NCBI GenBank assembly: GCA_036786185.1
Contig: DAIQRN010000001.1
Location: forward strand, 13,699-77,698
Source of the DNA: Acidovorax sp.
GTDB lineage: Bacteria; Pseudomonadota; Gammaproteobacteria; Burkholderiales; Burkholderiaceae_C
DNA length: 64,000 nucleotides
Direction: 5' to 3'
Part shown: positions 54,458 to 64,000 of the stretch, in pieces
How positions within the stretch are numbered: position 1 is the stretch's first letter
How the letters are laid out: each line of letters begins with the position of its first letter
The notes under the pieces: model-generated
The model's database searches: none
Seen by the model: the letters and a program-made list of their open reading frames with translations, nothing else
What the model was told of the DNA's origin: nothing
Translations under genes and position numbers: made by a program

Positions 54458-55461
54458 GGCTTTGCCCCTTCCCCTTCATTTTTCCAGCGCATCTCGAAGG
54501 TGAAGCGTTCCTTGTTCAACGAGCCATCACGCACATTGGCCGCCGTGGCGCGGACATCCGCAAACCCAGGCTGCCGAGCAAGGTGGGCAACAAGCTCCGT
54601 GGCGTTGGACGTCAGGCCCGTGACCCGAATCTCGTTGCCGTTGATTTCGATACGGTCCAGCCAGGTGTCTTCAGGCACTGCGGCCGAGAGACCGTTGACC
54701 ACGCTCGCCAGCGGCAGATCGGCATTGATGCTCTGGCGCAGTTCCTGCGCAATGTCCGATTGGCGGCGCAGTTCATCCATTTTCTGGCGCAAAGGTGCTG
54801 CCTTGGGGGTCAACATGTTGACGTGCTCCACCGCTTGCACCACGGCTTGGCGTTTCAACACCAAGGGCATCAAGGCTGGCAGAGCCAACGCCATGCATGC
54901 CAGCAAGAGCAGCATGACCGCAGCCCCATCGATCCACCGCTGACGGCTGCTCTGCCGCTGCCAGGCTTTGTCACGCACCGGCAACGCACGCCCTTGTTGC
55001 ACCAAAAATACGACCGCATCCTCGCCAAGCCCATGTTGGGCCAGCAGTTCGTTGCGTGCGTTGCGTCGGCACATTCCCCATTGGACAGCCCATCCGCCGC
55101 CTGCATCCGGTTCAGCCCGCCAGGCCGCGACGATCTGATCCAGCGGCAGGGGTGACACACGCCACAGCGCCTCGTCCACCGCACCTTCCAAGGCTTTCCT
55201 CGGCATGGAGGGGAGCTGCGCCGCCCCCCACAGACAGTCGGATTCGGGCACCAACAAGCTCAAGGCCTTCCGATTCCCTGTGCGCTTGCGCAGCCGCCCG
55301 CCCACCACAGACCACTGCCCGCCATCAGCCGCCACCGCAGCGCTCGCGCCAGCAGGCCAGGCGCCATGCTCTTTCAATACCCGCTTCAGGTCGCCCAGGC
55401 CCCAGGCGAGCCGGTCCAGCGCGGTTTGCACACGAAGAGATAGCTGCCCCCAACCTGTCAT
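54454..55461 (-). CDS. gspL: T2SS protein L (PilN-like C-terminus)
   Basis: 'VPEDTWL....I.G....ATELV..L...F..VR'. Confidence 0.8.
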   Translation of the reverse strand: MTGWGQLSLRVQTALDRLAWGLGDLKRVLKEHGAWPAGASAAVAADGGQWSVVGGRLRKRTGNRKALSLLVPESDCLWGAAQLPSMPRKALEGAVDEALWRVSPLPLDQIVAAWRAEPDAGGGWAVQWGMCRRNARNELLAQHGLGEDAVVFLVQQGRALPVRDKAWQRQSSRQRWIDGAAVMLLLLACMALALPALMPLVLKRQAVVQAVEHVNMLTPKAAPLRQKMDELRRQSDIAQELRQSINADLPLASVVNGLSAAVPEDTWLDRIEINGNEIRVTGLTSNATELVAHLARQPGFADVRATAANVRDGSLNKERFTFEMRWKNEGEGAKP

Positions 55462-56375
55462 GGCTTGAATTCCTGTTCCAACCTGTTAAAGCGGCGTGTG
55501 GGCTCGATCGAGAGCGTTGTCCAGGGTGTGAGAGCGTCTGGGCGCTCGCCGAGATCGACCCACACCTCGCGCAGCCACCAGCGCTCGCCCTCCGCCCGGG
55601 CAAATGCCCGTAAGCGCATGGTTTGCGCACCCGACGACCGTGTGGGCGTGAAAAACTCAGCGGCGGCTCCAGACAGAAGAACGCCCGCTCGCATTTCTGG
55701 TGGGGAATTGTGAATGCGTGCCCCAAGCCCTTGCTGACCCGTCAATGCGTCAATCAGTGCGGGGGGCGCAGAATCAATCTCAATGCGTTGCTGTCCATTG
55801 ATGCCCAAATGGGGCGCGATTATCTCATAGAGCCCCGTGGTCATTCCCAGGACGAATTTCAATTCTGAAAGATCCTCCACGGCGGCATTGCGAGGTAGGG
55901 TGGGCCAGCCAGCTGCACGGTACTGTGCCGCCTCGGCCCCACCTACGCCACTAGGAGCATCGTCCGGATCAATATAGTCCCGCACCCGCGAGCTGAGTAT
56001 GGCCGCTTCGCCAGATGACAACCCGCCAGCTCGTTGAAATAGCGCCTGGAGCAGGGCGTCGCTGGCAACGTTTACGTCTACCAGCCCTCCTGATGGCGTG
56101 ATTTCTACCCATACATCGCTAGACCCCAAGGCCAGGCGCAGGATGCGGTACTGACTGCCCTGGCCTTTATCGACCAGCAGCCTCTGCGCGACCACTTGTA
56201 TGGCCGCGTCCAGAACAGACTCTGTACGCAAACGCTCCAGGTCGAGTGTTCCACGCTGGGCCTGCTGCCGCACCCCTTGGGCACCGGCCAGCACCACCAG
56301 TGAAAGCGCAGCTACCAACCAGAGCACCAAGATCAGGGCCGCCCCTGTGATTTGGCGTGGACGCGCTGCCATCAT
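55458..56375 (-). CDS. gspK: T2SS minor pseudopilin K
   Basis: 'GAALILVLW', 'VDVNVAS', 'ELKFVLGMT'. Confidence 0.88.
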   Translation of the reverse strand: MMAARPRQITGAALILVLWLVAALSLVVLAGAQGVRQQAQRGTLDLERLRTESVLDAAIQVVAQRLLVDKGQGSQYRILRLALGSSDVWVEITPSGGLVDVNVASDALLQALFQRAGGLSSGEAAILSSRVRDYIDPDDAPSGVGGAEAAQYRAAGWPTLPRNAAVEDLSELKFVLGMTTGLYEIIAPHLGINGQQRIEIDSAPPALIDALTGQQGLGARIHNSPPEMRAGVLLSGAAAEFFTPTRSSGAQTMRLRAFARAEGERWWLREVWVDLGERPDALTPWTTLSIEPTRRFNRLEQEFKP

Positions 56376-56983
56376 CGAGCCCTCGCCAGAGGGAAGACCA
56401 AGGAAGGCCAGACACCGCGTTCGTCCGCGATGTCAAGTTTGATCCGCGCTGGATAGCCTGCCTTGGAGGCATCCCATTGCTGAACCCAGTCTCCCGTTCG
56501 GCCATCCTGGTAATGCCACTGCAGCGTGCGCACGTCCGACAACAATGTCTCTCGCAATGCGATATTCCAATCCAAGGCCATCAACGCCCCGTCATAGGGA
56601 AGTGCCTCGACCGAGAGATCGACTCGGCCATTCTCGTGGCGCAAAGGGGTCATGCGAAACACGTGGAGGCCACCTGCATCCCCGCGCTCCGGCAACGGCG
56701 CAACCCAGATGACCCCTGCGGCATTGCCGCTGAAAAAATTGACAAACACATCCCCGTCGCGCCGACTGAGCAGGCGCAAGGCATCGAACTTGCGCCCCAG
56801 CCATTGGCTGACCACCAGCATGCGCTCCGAGCGCTCCATCACGCGCTGGTTGCGCTCTTCCGAGCGGCCAATCATGCCAAATCCAGCAAACATCAGCGCA
56901 ACCACCGCCGTCGTGACAGCCAGGGCAATGAGCAACTCCAGCAAGGTGAAACCAGCGGAGGCGTTTTTGGAGGCGCGCGTCAT
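56372..56983 (-). CDS. gspJ: T2SS minor pseudopilin J
   Basis: GFTLLELLIAL prepilin motif; position. Confidence 0.85.
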   Translation of the reverse strand: MTRASKNASAGFTLLELLIALAVTTAVVALMFAGFGMIGRSEERNQRVMERSERMLVVSQWLGRKFDALRLLSRRDGDVFVNFFSGNAAGVIWVAPLPERGDAGGLHVFRMTPLRHENGRVDLSVEALPYDGALMALDWNIALRETLLSDVRTLQWHYQDGRTGDWVQQWDASKAGYPARIKLDIADERGVWPSLVFPLARAR

Positions 56984-57450
56984 GGCGCAGCCCGGTAGGG
57001 TTTCCAGGTGGTCCAGGACATGACCGTGGGGCCGTCCTTGCCGCGTGTGACCTCGACCACGACCATCGCGGCACGCAAAGGCGCTCCGGGAGCGGCACGA
57101 CCATCTTCTTCCTGCAAGGGTATCTGCTGCGCCTGCGTGTGAATGCGCCAGTGCCAGTCTCCAGAAGCCCCGGCGGGTTGGCGCTCAATATCTTCGGCAA
57201 ACGTGCTGGCCGCCAGTGCCGAGCGGGCCACCAGCGCAGCCTCGACCCGAGACTCAATGTCCACCACCCCTTTAGAGCTTTGCCCCACGGTTCTGTAGAG
57301 ACTGGCAAGTGCAATGGACGCAATGGACATGGCCACCAATGCTTCCAGCAGACTGAAGCCTCGCTGGCGACGCATCTGTCTTGCTATGCCTCGCCTGCAA
57401 CTATCGACAAGAGGCTCCAGGCGGCGCCGAATGCAAAGCTCCCCCATCAT
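56980..57450 (-). CDS. gspI: T2SS minor pseudopilin I
   Basis: GFSLLEALVA prepilin motif; position. Confidence 0.85.
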   Translation of the reverse strand: MMGELCIRRRLEPLVDSCRRGIARQMRRQRGFSLLEALVAMSIASIALASLYRTVGQSSKGVVDIESRVEAALVARSALAASTFAEDIERQPAGASGDWHWRIHTQAQQIPLQEEDGRAAPGAPLRAAMVVVEVTRGKDGPTVMSWTTWKPYRAAP

Positions 57451-57950
57451 GACTCTGCCACAGCGGCGGCTTGCTCGATGGTTCCCAGCAGCCAGTTCAC
57501 CCGGAAAACAACGCCCTGCCCACCGCGCGATACGGTCAAATGTCCGCCGCGGGCGCCACCATCTGGATTGAAGACAAAAATCGGCATGCCCACGTCAGAC
57601 GCCAATTTGGTGTTGCGATCAGTTGCGTCCCACTGAACGCCCAGAGATGCCGGAATATCGAGGTAGACCCGCCCATCGATCACAATTTTGCGAGCCTCGG
57701 GCTGGTAACTCACAGCCACAGCCCGCCCTTCCTGAACGCTGAGCGCACGCGCTTGCCGAAGCTGGCTCGCGATATCCCGCACGGTCTGGTGATAGCGTGA
57801 TCGCTCCATGAACGACTGCCCCCCCACACCCACCACCGACACCGCCATGGCCGCCACCACCAGCACCACCAGCATCTCCAGCAGCGTGAAACCGCCCACG
57901 CGACGGGCGCCTGCGCGCCTTGCACGGCAGAGCGTCTTCATGCGGCGCAA
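57447..57950 (-). CDS. gspH: T2SS minor pseudopilin H
   Basis: GFTLLEMLVVL; 'FNPDGGARGG'. Confidence 0.87.
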   Translation of the reverse strand: MRRMKTLCRARRAGARRVGGFTLLEMLVVLVVAAMAVSVVGVGGQSFMERSRYHQTVRDIASQLRQARALSVQEGRAVAVSYQPEARKIVIDGRVYLDIPASLGVQWDATDRNTKLASDVGMPIFVFNPDGGARGGHLTVSRGGQGVVFRVNWLLGTIEQAAAVAES

Positions 57951-57985
57951 CTCACCCGACAGACACCTCGCACTCCAGGCGTGCC

Positions 57986-58432
57986 TCAGTTATAGACATC
58001 GGCGTTTTCACCGTCACCGCCCGGCTTGCCATCTGCGCCCAGGGAGAACACGTCTGGCCCACCATTGCGACCCGGGTTCTTGTACAGGTAGGCGGCGCCC
58101 CATGGGTCGGTAGGCAAACCTTTCTTCAAGTACGGCCCCGTCCACCCCTGGGCGGTAGCTGGCCGCTCGACCAAAGCACGCAAACCCTCCGCATCATTGG
58201 GATAGCGACCAACGTCCAGCTTGAAGAGATCCAGGCTCTGCTCAACTTCCGAAATCTGGATCCGGGCTGTTTTGGACTTGGCCCCTCCGAGCTGGTCCAG
58301 TACCTTGGGACCGACCAAGCCAGCAAGCAGCGTCAAAATCACCAGCACCACCAGCAATTCAATCAGGGTGAACCCCTTGGAACGCAGGGGTGACATGGTT
58401 TTTCCATTGTTGCGAATTTCTACAATATTCAT
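57986..58432 (-). CDS. gspG: T2SS major pseudopilin G (start uncertain)
   Basis: GFTLIELLVV, 'FKLDVGRYP', 'DPWG', 'SLGADG.PGG'. Confidence 0.93.
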   Translation of the reverse strand: MNIVEIRNNGKTMSPLRSKGFTLIELLVVLVILTLLAGLVGPKVLDQLGGAKSKTARIQISEVEQSLDLFKLDVGRYPNDAEGLRALVERPATAQGWTGPYLKKGLPTDPWGAAYLYKNPGRNGGPDVFSLGADGKPGGDGENADVYN

Positions 58433-58462
58433 AACCATTTTTCTCAAAATATTAAACAAAAA

Positions 58463-59677
58463 CTAAATAGTTTCATTAATCGACAGCACGCCACCCAGAA
58501 TGGCAATAATGATGAAGGCCACCAAGGCGCCGAGCACAATGATAATCAAAGGCTCCATCGCGGCCAGTACACGCCCCATGGTTCGCCGTCCCTCATCCTC
58601 GTAGCGGTCTGCCAAGCCCAATAGCGTCATGTCGAGCTGGCCAGTTTCTTCGGCCACCCGAATCAGCTGCGGCGTGCTGGATTTGCCCAAATAGGGTGAG
58701 ACAAAACCGGATGAAAGCCGTTTGCCCGCCTTCACCAGGCCCACCAAGGGTTCAATATCTTTGCGCAGGGCCGTGTTGGTCAGGGTGTCCACCGCAATGC
58801 GCAATGCGTCCACCATGGGCACACCACGCTGCAACAGAATGCCGAAGGTTCTGAAGTACACCGCAAACTGGAGGTTTCGCAGCACCTTGCCAAACAGCGG
58901 CAAGTCCAGCAGCAGGCTATCAAGCCGCAAGCGCCCCCCGGCAGTGGCAGCCCAGCGCGCCCCCAGGAACACCACCACGGTCACCACTAGAAGAATGGCC
59001 ATCCAGTGCGAGCGAATCTGATCGCTCAAATCCACCACCAGTCGGGTCGAATAAGGCAGCTTGTCCCCCATGGAGTCGAAAATTTCCCGGAACTGGGGAA
59101 CGACAAACGCCAGCAGCAACACCACGGAAAGCACCGCAACCACCAACAAGATGACGGGGTAGGTCATGGAGGAGATGACATAGTTGCGCAGCTTGTCTTC
59201 CGCCTCCAACTGCACCGTCAGCTCCTTGAGCACGACATGCAGCGAGCCGGAGGTTTCCCCCGCACGGATCAGCACCAGGTACTGACGGCCCAGATCACGC
59301 TCGAACGGCAGCAGCGATTGGTAGAGCGACTTGCCACCGCGCACCCCCTCTTCCACCCTGGCAATAAAGGCCTTCAACCGGTCGGTATCGGCCGTTTCCT
59401 TGAGCATGGCCAACGCCTTGTCAAGGGGCATGTTGGCTTGCTTCAGATGCGCCATCTCGCGGCTGAACAGCAACACTTCCGCGCGCTTGAGTTTGAGCCT
59501 GGAGCTATCGCGCTTCGGATCATCCAGGGACAAGGCCCCCGCCGCGTCCACAATGCGCACGGGCGTAACCCCTTGCCCAATCAGGCGCAATCTCGCAATT
59601 TCTTCGTTCGGCGCACGGATGCTCCCCTGGCAGGCCTTGCCATCGGACATCACGCCATCGTATTGAAAATCAATCAT
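58463..59677 (-). CDS. gspF: T2SS inner-membrane platform F
   Basis: 'GETSGSL', 'YPVIL', 'EETGQLD', 'EPLII'. Confidence 0.93.
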   Translation of the reverse strand: MIDFQYDGVMSDGKACQGSIRAPNEEIARLRLIGQGVTPVRIVDAAGALSLDDPKRDSSRLKLKRAEVLLFSREMAHLKQANMPLDKALAMLKETADTDRLKAFIARVEEGVRGGKSLYQSLLPFERDLGRQYLVLIRAGETSGSLHVVLKELTVQLEAEDKLRNYVISSMTYPVILLVVAVLSVVLLLAFVVPQFREIFDSMGDKLPYSTRLVVDLSDQIRSHWMAILLVVTVVVFLGARWAATAGGRLRLDSLLLDLPLFGKVLRNLQFAVYFRTFGILLQRGVPMVDALRIAVDTLTNTALRKDIEPLVGLVKAGKRLSSGFVSPYLGKSSTPQLIRVAEETGQLDMTLLGLADRYEDEGRRTMGRVLAAMEPLIIIVLGALVAFIIIAILGGVLSINETI

Positions 59678-61373
59678 TTTGACGGGCGACGCGCAGGACT
59701 TCCTCAGCGGTCGTCAGACCCTTGAAGACCTTGGTGGCGCCATCCTGCAACAAGTTCCCGCCGGCATAGGCACCATCGTCACTGCCCAGCGAAGAGCCTC
59801 TCTCAAGGACGACCTTCTTGACGTCTTCCGTCAGAACCAGCAGTTCATGGATAGCCACCCGCCCGCGATAGCCCGTTCCACGGCAGGCTGGGCACCCCAC
59901 AGAACGATACATGGCATGTCCTTGCGGCATCGGCACCCCCAGGGACGCTGCAGCCGCCTGGGCCTGCTCCGGCAGGAGCGGCACCTTACACTCTTCGCAC
60001 AACTTACGCACCAAACGCTGCGCCAATACACCCACTACCGAAGCCGTGATCAGATACGGTTCTACCCCCATGTTGATGAGCCGGACAATCGCCCCCAGGG
60101 CGCTGTTGGTATGCAGCGTGGAAAGGACCAAATGGCCCGTCAGCGCAGCCTGAACGGCGATTTCAGCGGTTTCGCCATCCCGCATTTCGCCGATCATGAT
60201 GACGTCCGGGTCCTGGCGTAGAAAGGAGCGCAGCACCTTGGCGAACGTCAGGCCGATTTGGGGCTGCACCTGCACCTGATTGAGCCAGTGCAGCCGGTAT
60301 TCGACAGGGTCCTCCACTGTCAGTATCTTGAGGTTTTCACCCTCCAGTTCCTGCATCGAAGCATACAGGGTGGTGGATTTACCCGACCCCGTGGGGCCTG
60401 TTACCAGGAAGATGCCGTGGGGCACGCCGAGCATCTGCCGCATGGTCTTGAGCGTGGGCGGCGTGAAGTGCAGGCTCTCCAGGGAGAGCAGATCAAGGTT
60501 CTTTTCCAGCAAGCGCATCACGACGGATTCGCCGAACGCCGTAGGCACCGTGGAAACACGGACATCCATCTCCTTGCCGTGCACGCGGATTTTGGTGCGA
60601 CCGTCCTGGGGCATGCGCCGCTCGGCAATGTCCAGCTGCGACAGAATCTTGATGCGTGACACCACGGCCGGAGCATCCTTGTTGTCGATTTCGTCAACAG
60701 GGAAAATCTCGCCATCCACACGAACACGCACGACCGATTTTTCTTCGTAGGTTTCGATATGGATGTCGGAGGCCTGGGCAGCCACAGCCTGCGAGAGGAT
60801 CTGGCTCACGCGCTGAATGATGGGCGCCTCCGAGGCCATGTCCCGCAGATGCTCGATGAATTCCGATGCCTCAAACGACTCGCCGTCCGCCCCTTCGCCC
60901 TGCGATTCATCTTGCAGGAACCACTCGCTGAGCCGCCCCGATATCTCGGACTCGAGCCCAAAGCCAAGGCGGGGCACTTGACCAAATACCAGGCGCAGGG
61001 CGTCCTGCAATGACTTGCTCAGTGGGTCGGCTGATACGAAATCAGGCACAGAATCCGCATCCTCCGTGCTCCCCAGCGGAAGCAGGTTGTTTGCCAAAAG
61101 GAAACTCGTGTTGAGTCGCGAAGTATCCGGCCGCTCCCCAGGGAAGGACTCCAGACGCACCAAAGGCAGACCTACCTGCCGGGAGAGCGCCGCATAAACA
61201 TCCACCTCCGACACGAGCCCCAGGCTGATCAGCAGTCGCCCCAATCGCCCACCCATGGAGCGCTGAACCTCCAGCGCCCGCTCCAGGTCGTTGCGAGTGA
61301 GCTTTTGCTCCGCCAAGAGGATTTCGCCCAGCTTTTGCGGGGAAACAAGTGCAATTGTGTCGTTACTGTTCAT
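59670..61373 (-). CDS. gspE: T2SS ATPase E
   Basis: 'ASDIHIE', GPTGSGKST, 'RQDPD', 'TGHLVLSTLH'; N-terminal 'KLGEILL'. Confidence 0.95.
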   Translation of the reverse strand: MNSNDTIALVSPQKLGEILLAEQKLTRNDLERALEVQRSMGGRLGRLLISLGLVSEVDVYAALSRQVGLPLVRLESFPGERPDTSRLNTSFLLANNLLPLGSTEDADSVPDFVSADPLSKSLQDALRLVFGQVPRLGFGLESEISGRLSEWFLQDESQGEGADGESFEASEFIEHLRDMASEAPIIQRVSQILSQAVAAQASDIHIETYEEKSVVRVRVDGEIFPVDEIDNKDAPAVVSRIKILSQLDIAERRMPQDGRTKIRVHGKEMDVRVSTVPTAFGESVVMRLLEKNLDLLSLESLHFTPPTLKTMRQMLGVPHGIFLVTGPTGSGKSTTLYASMQELEGENLKILTVEDPVEYRLHWLNQVQVQPQIGLTFAKVLRSFLRQDPDVIMIGEMRDGETAEIAVQAALTGHLVLSTLHTNSALGAIVRLINMGVEPYLITASVVGVLAQRLVRKLCEECKVPLLPEQAQAAAASLGVPMPQGHAMYRSVGCPACRGTGYRGRVAIHELLVLTEDVKKVVLERGSSLGSDDGAYAGGNLLQDGATKVFKGLTTAEEVLRVARQND

Positions 61374-61380
61374 TGGAAAT

Positions 61381-62292
61381 TCACCTACTTCCAGGACGAA
61401 CCAACGGCCCGGAACGCCCCTGGCAACCATGCAGGAGCCCATGCATCCACATCTTGAAATACCGCCATCGCCCAGGCACGAGGGTGGAAAACACCACAAA
61501 GCGCTTGAACTGGCGGAACGCCATGTGGCACTTTGACCCATGGCCCAAACGGCTCGAGCGCAGCATGAGCACGAAGTTTCGTGCTTGATAGTAATGGCGC
61601 CATGGCGCGTGCATGGGAATTTCCCGCCCCATGACGCGAACCACCTTGTCTCCCAGCGTGTGCTCCAACTGCGCTGCACAGGCGCCATAGATCAGATAGC
61701 CTTGGTCGCGAGCGCGCAGACACCACTCGGTATCCACCCAATCGATGAAAAAATCCTCCCGCATCCACCCTACCGCGCGCAGGGCAGCGGCAGGAATCAG
61801 ACACCCGGATGCGATCACATGGTCGACCTCCCATACCTCGCCCGCACCGGAGCATGGAAGCCACCGCACACGCCCCTCTCTGACCACGCTGAAGGGCGTG
61901 CGCTCCACCTTGCGCCGAGGGTCAAAATGACGGGCGCCGATGGCTGCGGCCAAAGGCCGGTCTGCCAACGCAGTCAACAGACGCGGCACCATATCGGGGC
62001 TGGGCAGGCTATCGTCATCCATCAGCAAGACATGGGTGGCCCCACACGCCAATGCGCGCTCGATGCCGCGATTTTGCGCCGCACCGATGCCCAGATTTTC
62101 GGTGAGCCAGACTGGATGCACTCGTTCAGCCGGCCAAAGGCATTGCAGTTGCTGCAGCGCGTTCGAGGATGCGTTGTCCACCCAAACAATGGCACCCACC
62201 TGCTCCAGCAGCCGATTGAACTGCCGCACCAGTTGCTGTGAATTGCTTTGGTACGAAACCACCACGGCAATGACTTGCGAAGACCCGTTCAT
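61381..62292 (-). CDS. GT2 rhamnosyltransferase (RfbF-like)
   Basis: 'NLGIGAAQNRG', 'LMDDDS', 'FIDWVDTEW', 'RHYYQARN'. Confidence 0.88.
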   Translation of the reverse strand: MNGSSQVIAVVVSYQSNSQQLVRQFNRLLEQVGAIVWVDNASSNALQQLQCLWPAERVHPVWLTENLGIGAAQNRGIERALACGATHVLLMDDDSLPSPDMVPRLLTALADRPLAAAIGARHFDPRRKVERTPFSVVREGRVRWLPCSGAGEVWEVDHVIASGCLIPAAALRAVGWMREDFFIDWVDTEWCLRARDQGYLIYGACAAQLEHTLGDKVVRVMGREIPMHAPWRHYYQARNFVLMLRSSRLGHGSKCHMAFRQFKRFVVFSTLVPGRWRYFKMWMHGLLHGCQGRSGPLVRPGSR

Positions 62293-63467
62293 CAGCGCCC
62301 CACCCCAGAGCCTGCCAACTCAGTGTGCATAAGCGCTTCGTACTGCTCGGTGATGAGCTCCCAAGTGTAATTTTTTGCAATGATGCTCCGAGCCCCCACC
62401 GCCAGCGCCAGCCTCTCGTCAGGCGCCAATGCCCTTACCCGCCCCAGAACTGCAGCCAGTTGTTCCTCCGTGCTGAAGAAGTAGGCTGCGTCACGGGCCA
62501 CCTCCCGATTGAACGGATTGTCATGGGCAACAACGACATTGCCGCACGCCAGCGCCTCAAGCAACGAGGGGTTGGTGCCGCCCACCGAGTGCCCATGCAG
62601 ATAACAGGCGGCATGCACACGCAAACACTTGAGCTGCTCTGTTTCGTAGATACCGCCCACGAAGCGCACCCGATCGCTGGCCAGCGCCTTCAACTGCCGC
62701 TGGTAGGGCGTGGCGGCGCCAGACACGTCACCGACCACCACCAGTGGCCAGTCGCCACCATGCAGCAGATAGCCCCGGATGATCTCCAGCACATGGTTTT
62801 CCGGCTCTGGTCGCGCCACCACCAGCATGTAGCGCTGAGCCTGGAGCCCCCAGGCAGCGAGCCCCGAAGAATCGACCGCATCGGCCTGGACCAGTTCAGC
62901 GCCATACGCGATGAAGCTGCTCGGCGCGCCGCCCGGATAAGTCTGGTTGAACCGCTGCGCAATGGCCTGTGCATCGGCGATGAGGCGCGTAGCCGCCTTG
63001 GTGCTCACCCATTCCATGCAGCGCAAATAAGCGCGTGCGCCCCGCCCCCATTTGCTGCGCGCCCATTCCAGACCATCCACATTGATCCAGACTGGCACGC
63101 CGAACACGCGGGGCCACCAGCAGGCCCAGGCAGCGCCGTAGCCCAGCATATAGACCAGGTCGTACCCACGGCGCGCGTCCCACAGACAAGCGCAGTCGTA
63201 GGCCAGCACCGACGCAGCCCCCCAACTGGGCTTGCGGCGGGGGCGGACCCGAACCCCTTGATAGAAGGTATCCTGCGCCGGTTGCTCTTCGCACTCCGCA
63301 TAGACCGTGACCTGGTGCCCACGCGATGCCAGGCGCGTTGCCAACTGCTCGGCAAACGTCTCAAAGCCCCCGTAGTTCGCAGGGATGCCTCGCGCACCCA
63401 GTATGGCGATCCGCCGTGGAGCCGACTGCCGCCCCGCCCCGGCCACAGGCACCGAAGGTGTGCTCAA
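62292..63467 (-). CDS. GT4 glycosyltransferase with DUF1972 domain (RgpA-like)
   Basis: 'GARGIPANYGGFETF', 'NVDGLEW.R.KW', 'HGHSVGGTNPSLLEA'. Confidence 0.88.
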   Translation of the reverse strand: MSTPSVPVAGAGRQSAPRRIAILGARGIPANYGGFETFAEQLATRLASRGHQVTVYAECEEQPAQDTFYQGVRVRPRRKPSWGAASVLAYDCACLWDARRGYDLVYMLGYGAAWACWWPRVFGVPVWINVDGLEWARSKWGRGARAYLRCMEWVSTKAATRLIADAQAIAQRFNQTYPGGAPSSFIAYGAELVQADAVDSSGLAAWGLQAQRYMLVVARPEPENHVLEIIRGYLLHGGDWPLVVVGDVSGAATPYQRQLKALASDRVRFVGGIYETEQLKCLRVHAACYLHGHSVGGTNPSLLEALACGNVVVAHDNPFNREVARDAAYFFSTEEQLAAVLGRVRALAPDERLALAVGARSIIAKNYTWELITEQYEALMHTELAGSGVGR

Positions 63468-64000
63468 AGGTCCGCCTCGGCCAGCGATCGCCCCGCCTGG
63501 TCCTTCGCCGACAACTGAATCGCGACATCCAAAGTCGGCCAGGAGATCGCAAGCTGCGGATCGTCCCAGCGAATGCAGCGTTCGTGTTCGGGACTGTAGT
63601 AGTCGGTGGTTTTGTAAAGAAAGTCCGCACTCTCGCTGAGCACCACGAAGCCGTGGGCAAAGCCGGGCGGCACCCACAGCTGGTGCTGGTTGTCCTCACT
63701 GAGCTCCGCGCCCACCCAGTGGCCGAAGGTGGGCGAGCTCTTGCGGATGTCCACCGCCACGTCGAACACCGCGCCGCGCACCACGCGCACCAGCTTGCCC
63801 TGGGGCTGCTGGATCTGGTAGTGCAGGCCGCGCAGCACGCCCTGGGTGCTGCGGCTGTGGTTGTCCTGCACGAAGGCGTGATTCGTGCCGGTGGCCTCGT
63901 TGAAGGCCTGCTGGTTGAAGCTCTCGAAGAAGAAGCCGCGCGCGTCGCCGAAGACCTTGGGTTCGATCAGCACGACGTCGGGGATGGACAGTCGGGTCGC
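63464..64000 (-). CDS. rfbC: dTDP-4-dehydrorhamnose 3,5-epimerase; start lies beyond the window
   Basis: 'DARGFFFE', 'VQDNHS', 'LRGLHYQ', 'WVPPGFAHGF'. Confidence 0.96.
   Translation of the reverse strand, partial: ATRLSIPDVVLIEPKVFGDARGFFFESFNQQAFNEATGTNHAFVQDNHSRSTQGVLRGLHYQIQQPQGKLVRVVRGAVFDVAVDIRKSSPTFGHWVGAELSEDNQHQLWVPPGFAHGFVVLSESADFLYKTTDYYSPEHERCIRWDDPQLAISWPTLDVAIQLSAKDQAGRSLAEADL

Overview
GC-rich betaproteobacterial DNA, probably Comamonadaceae (Acidovorax-like), judged from the argB/slmA context and a family-type palindromic repeat. Bases 1-33832 are most of a transposable (Mu/B3-like) prophage. It has a siphovirus-type tail module on + (1-11131), and gpF-like head, portal, terminase and lysis genes plus the repressor on - (12513-21514). 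The early operon on + (Ner-like genes, DDE transposase, MuB-like ATPase, GemA, Mor) runs to a repeat-rich end finishing in CA at 33832. The tail module points the opposite way to the head genes and meets them at a junction near 11190, where two ORFs appear broken. Cargo includes a RexA/RexB-like pair directly behind the repressor, a low-GC two-membrane-protein operon, and several small antisense genes. Bases 33833-38000 are host genes (slmA, a two-component pair, argB). Bases 38114-64000 are one minus-strand cell-envelope locus: rhamnose/glycan synthesis, a Wzm/Wzt exporter, methyl-/acyl-/acetyltransferases, an Xps-type T2SS (E-F-G-H-I-J-K-L-M-N-D), and a secreted 313-aa Ala/Val/Thr-rich protein flanked by lipoproteins and a PPIase. 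I interpret this locus as a probable dedicated S-layer secretion, assembly and glycan system. All family assignments are from motif recognition, not database searches.
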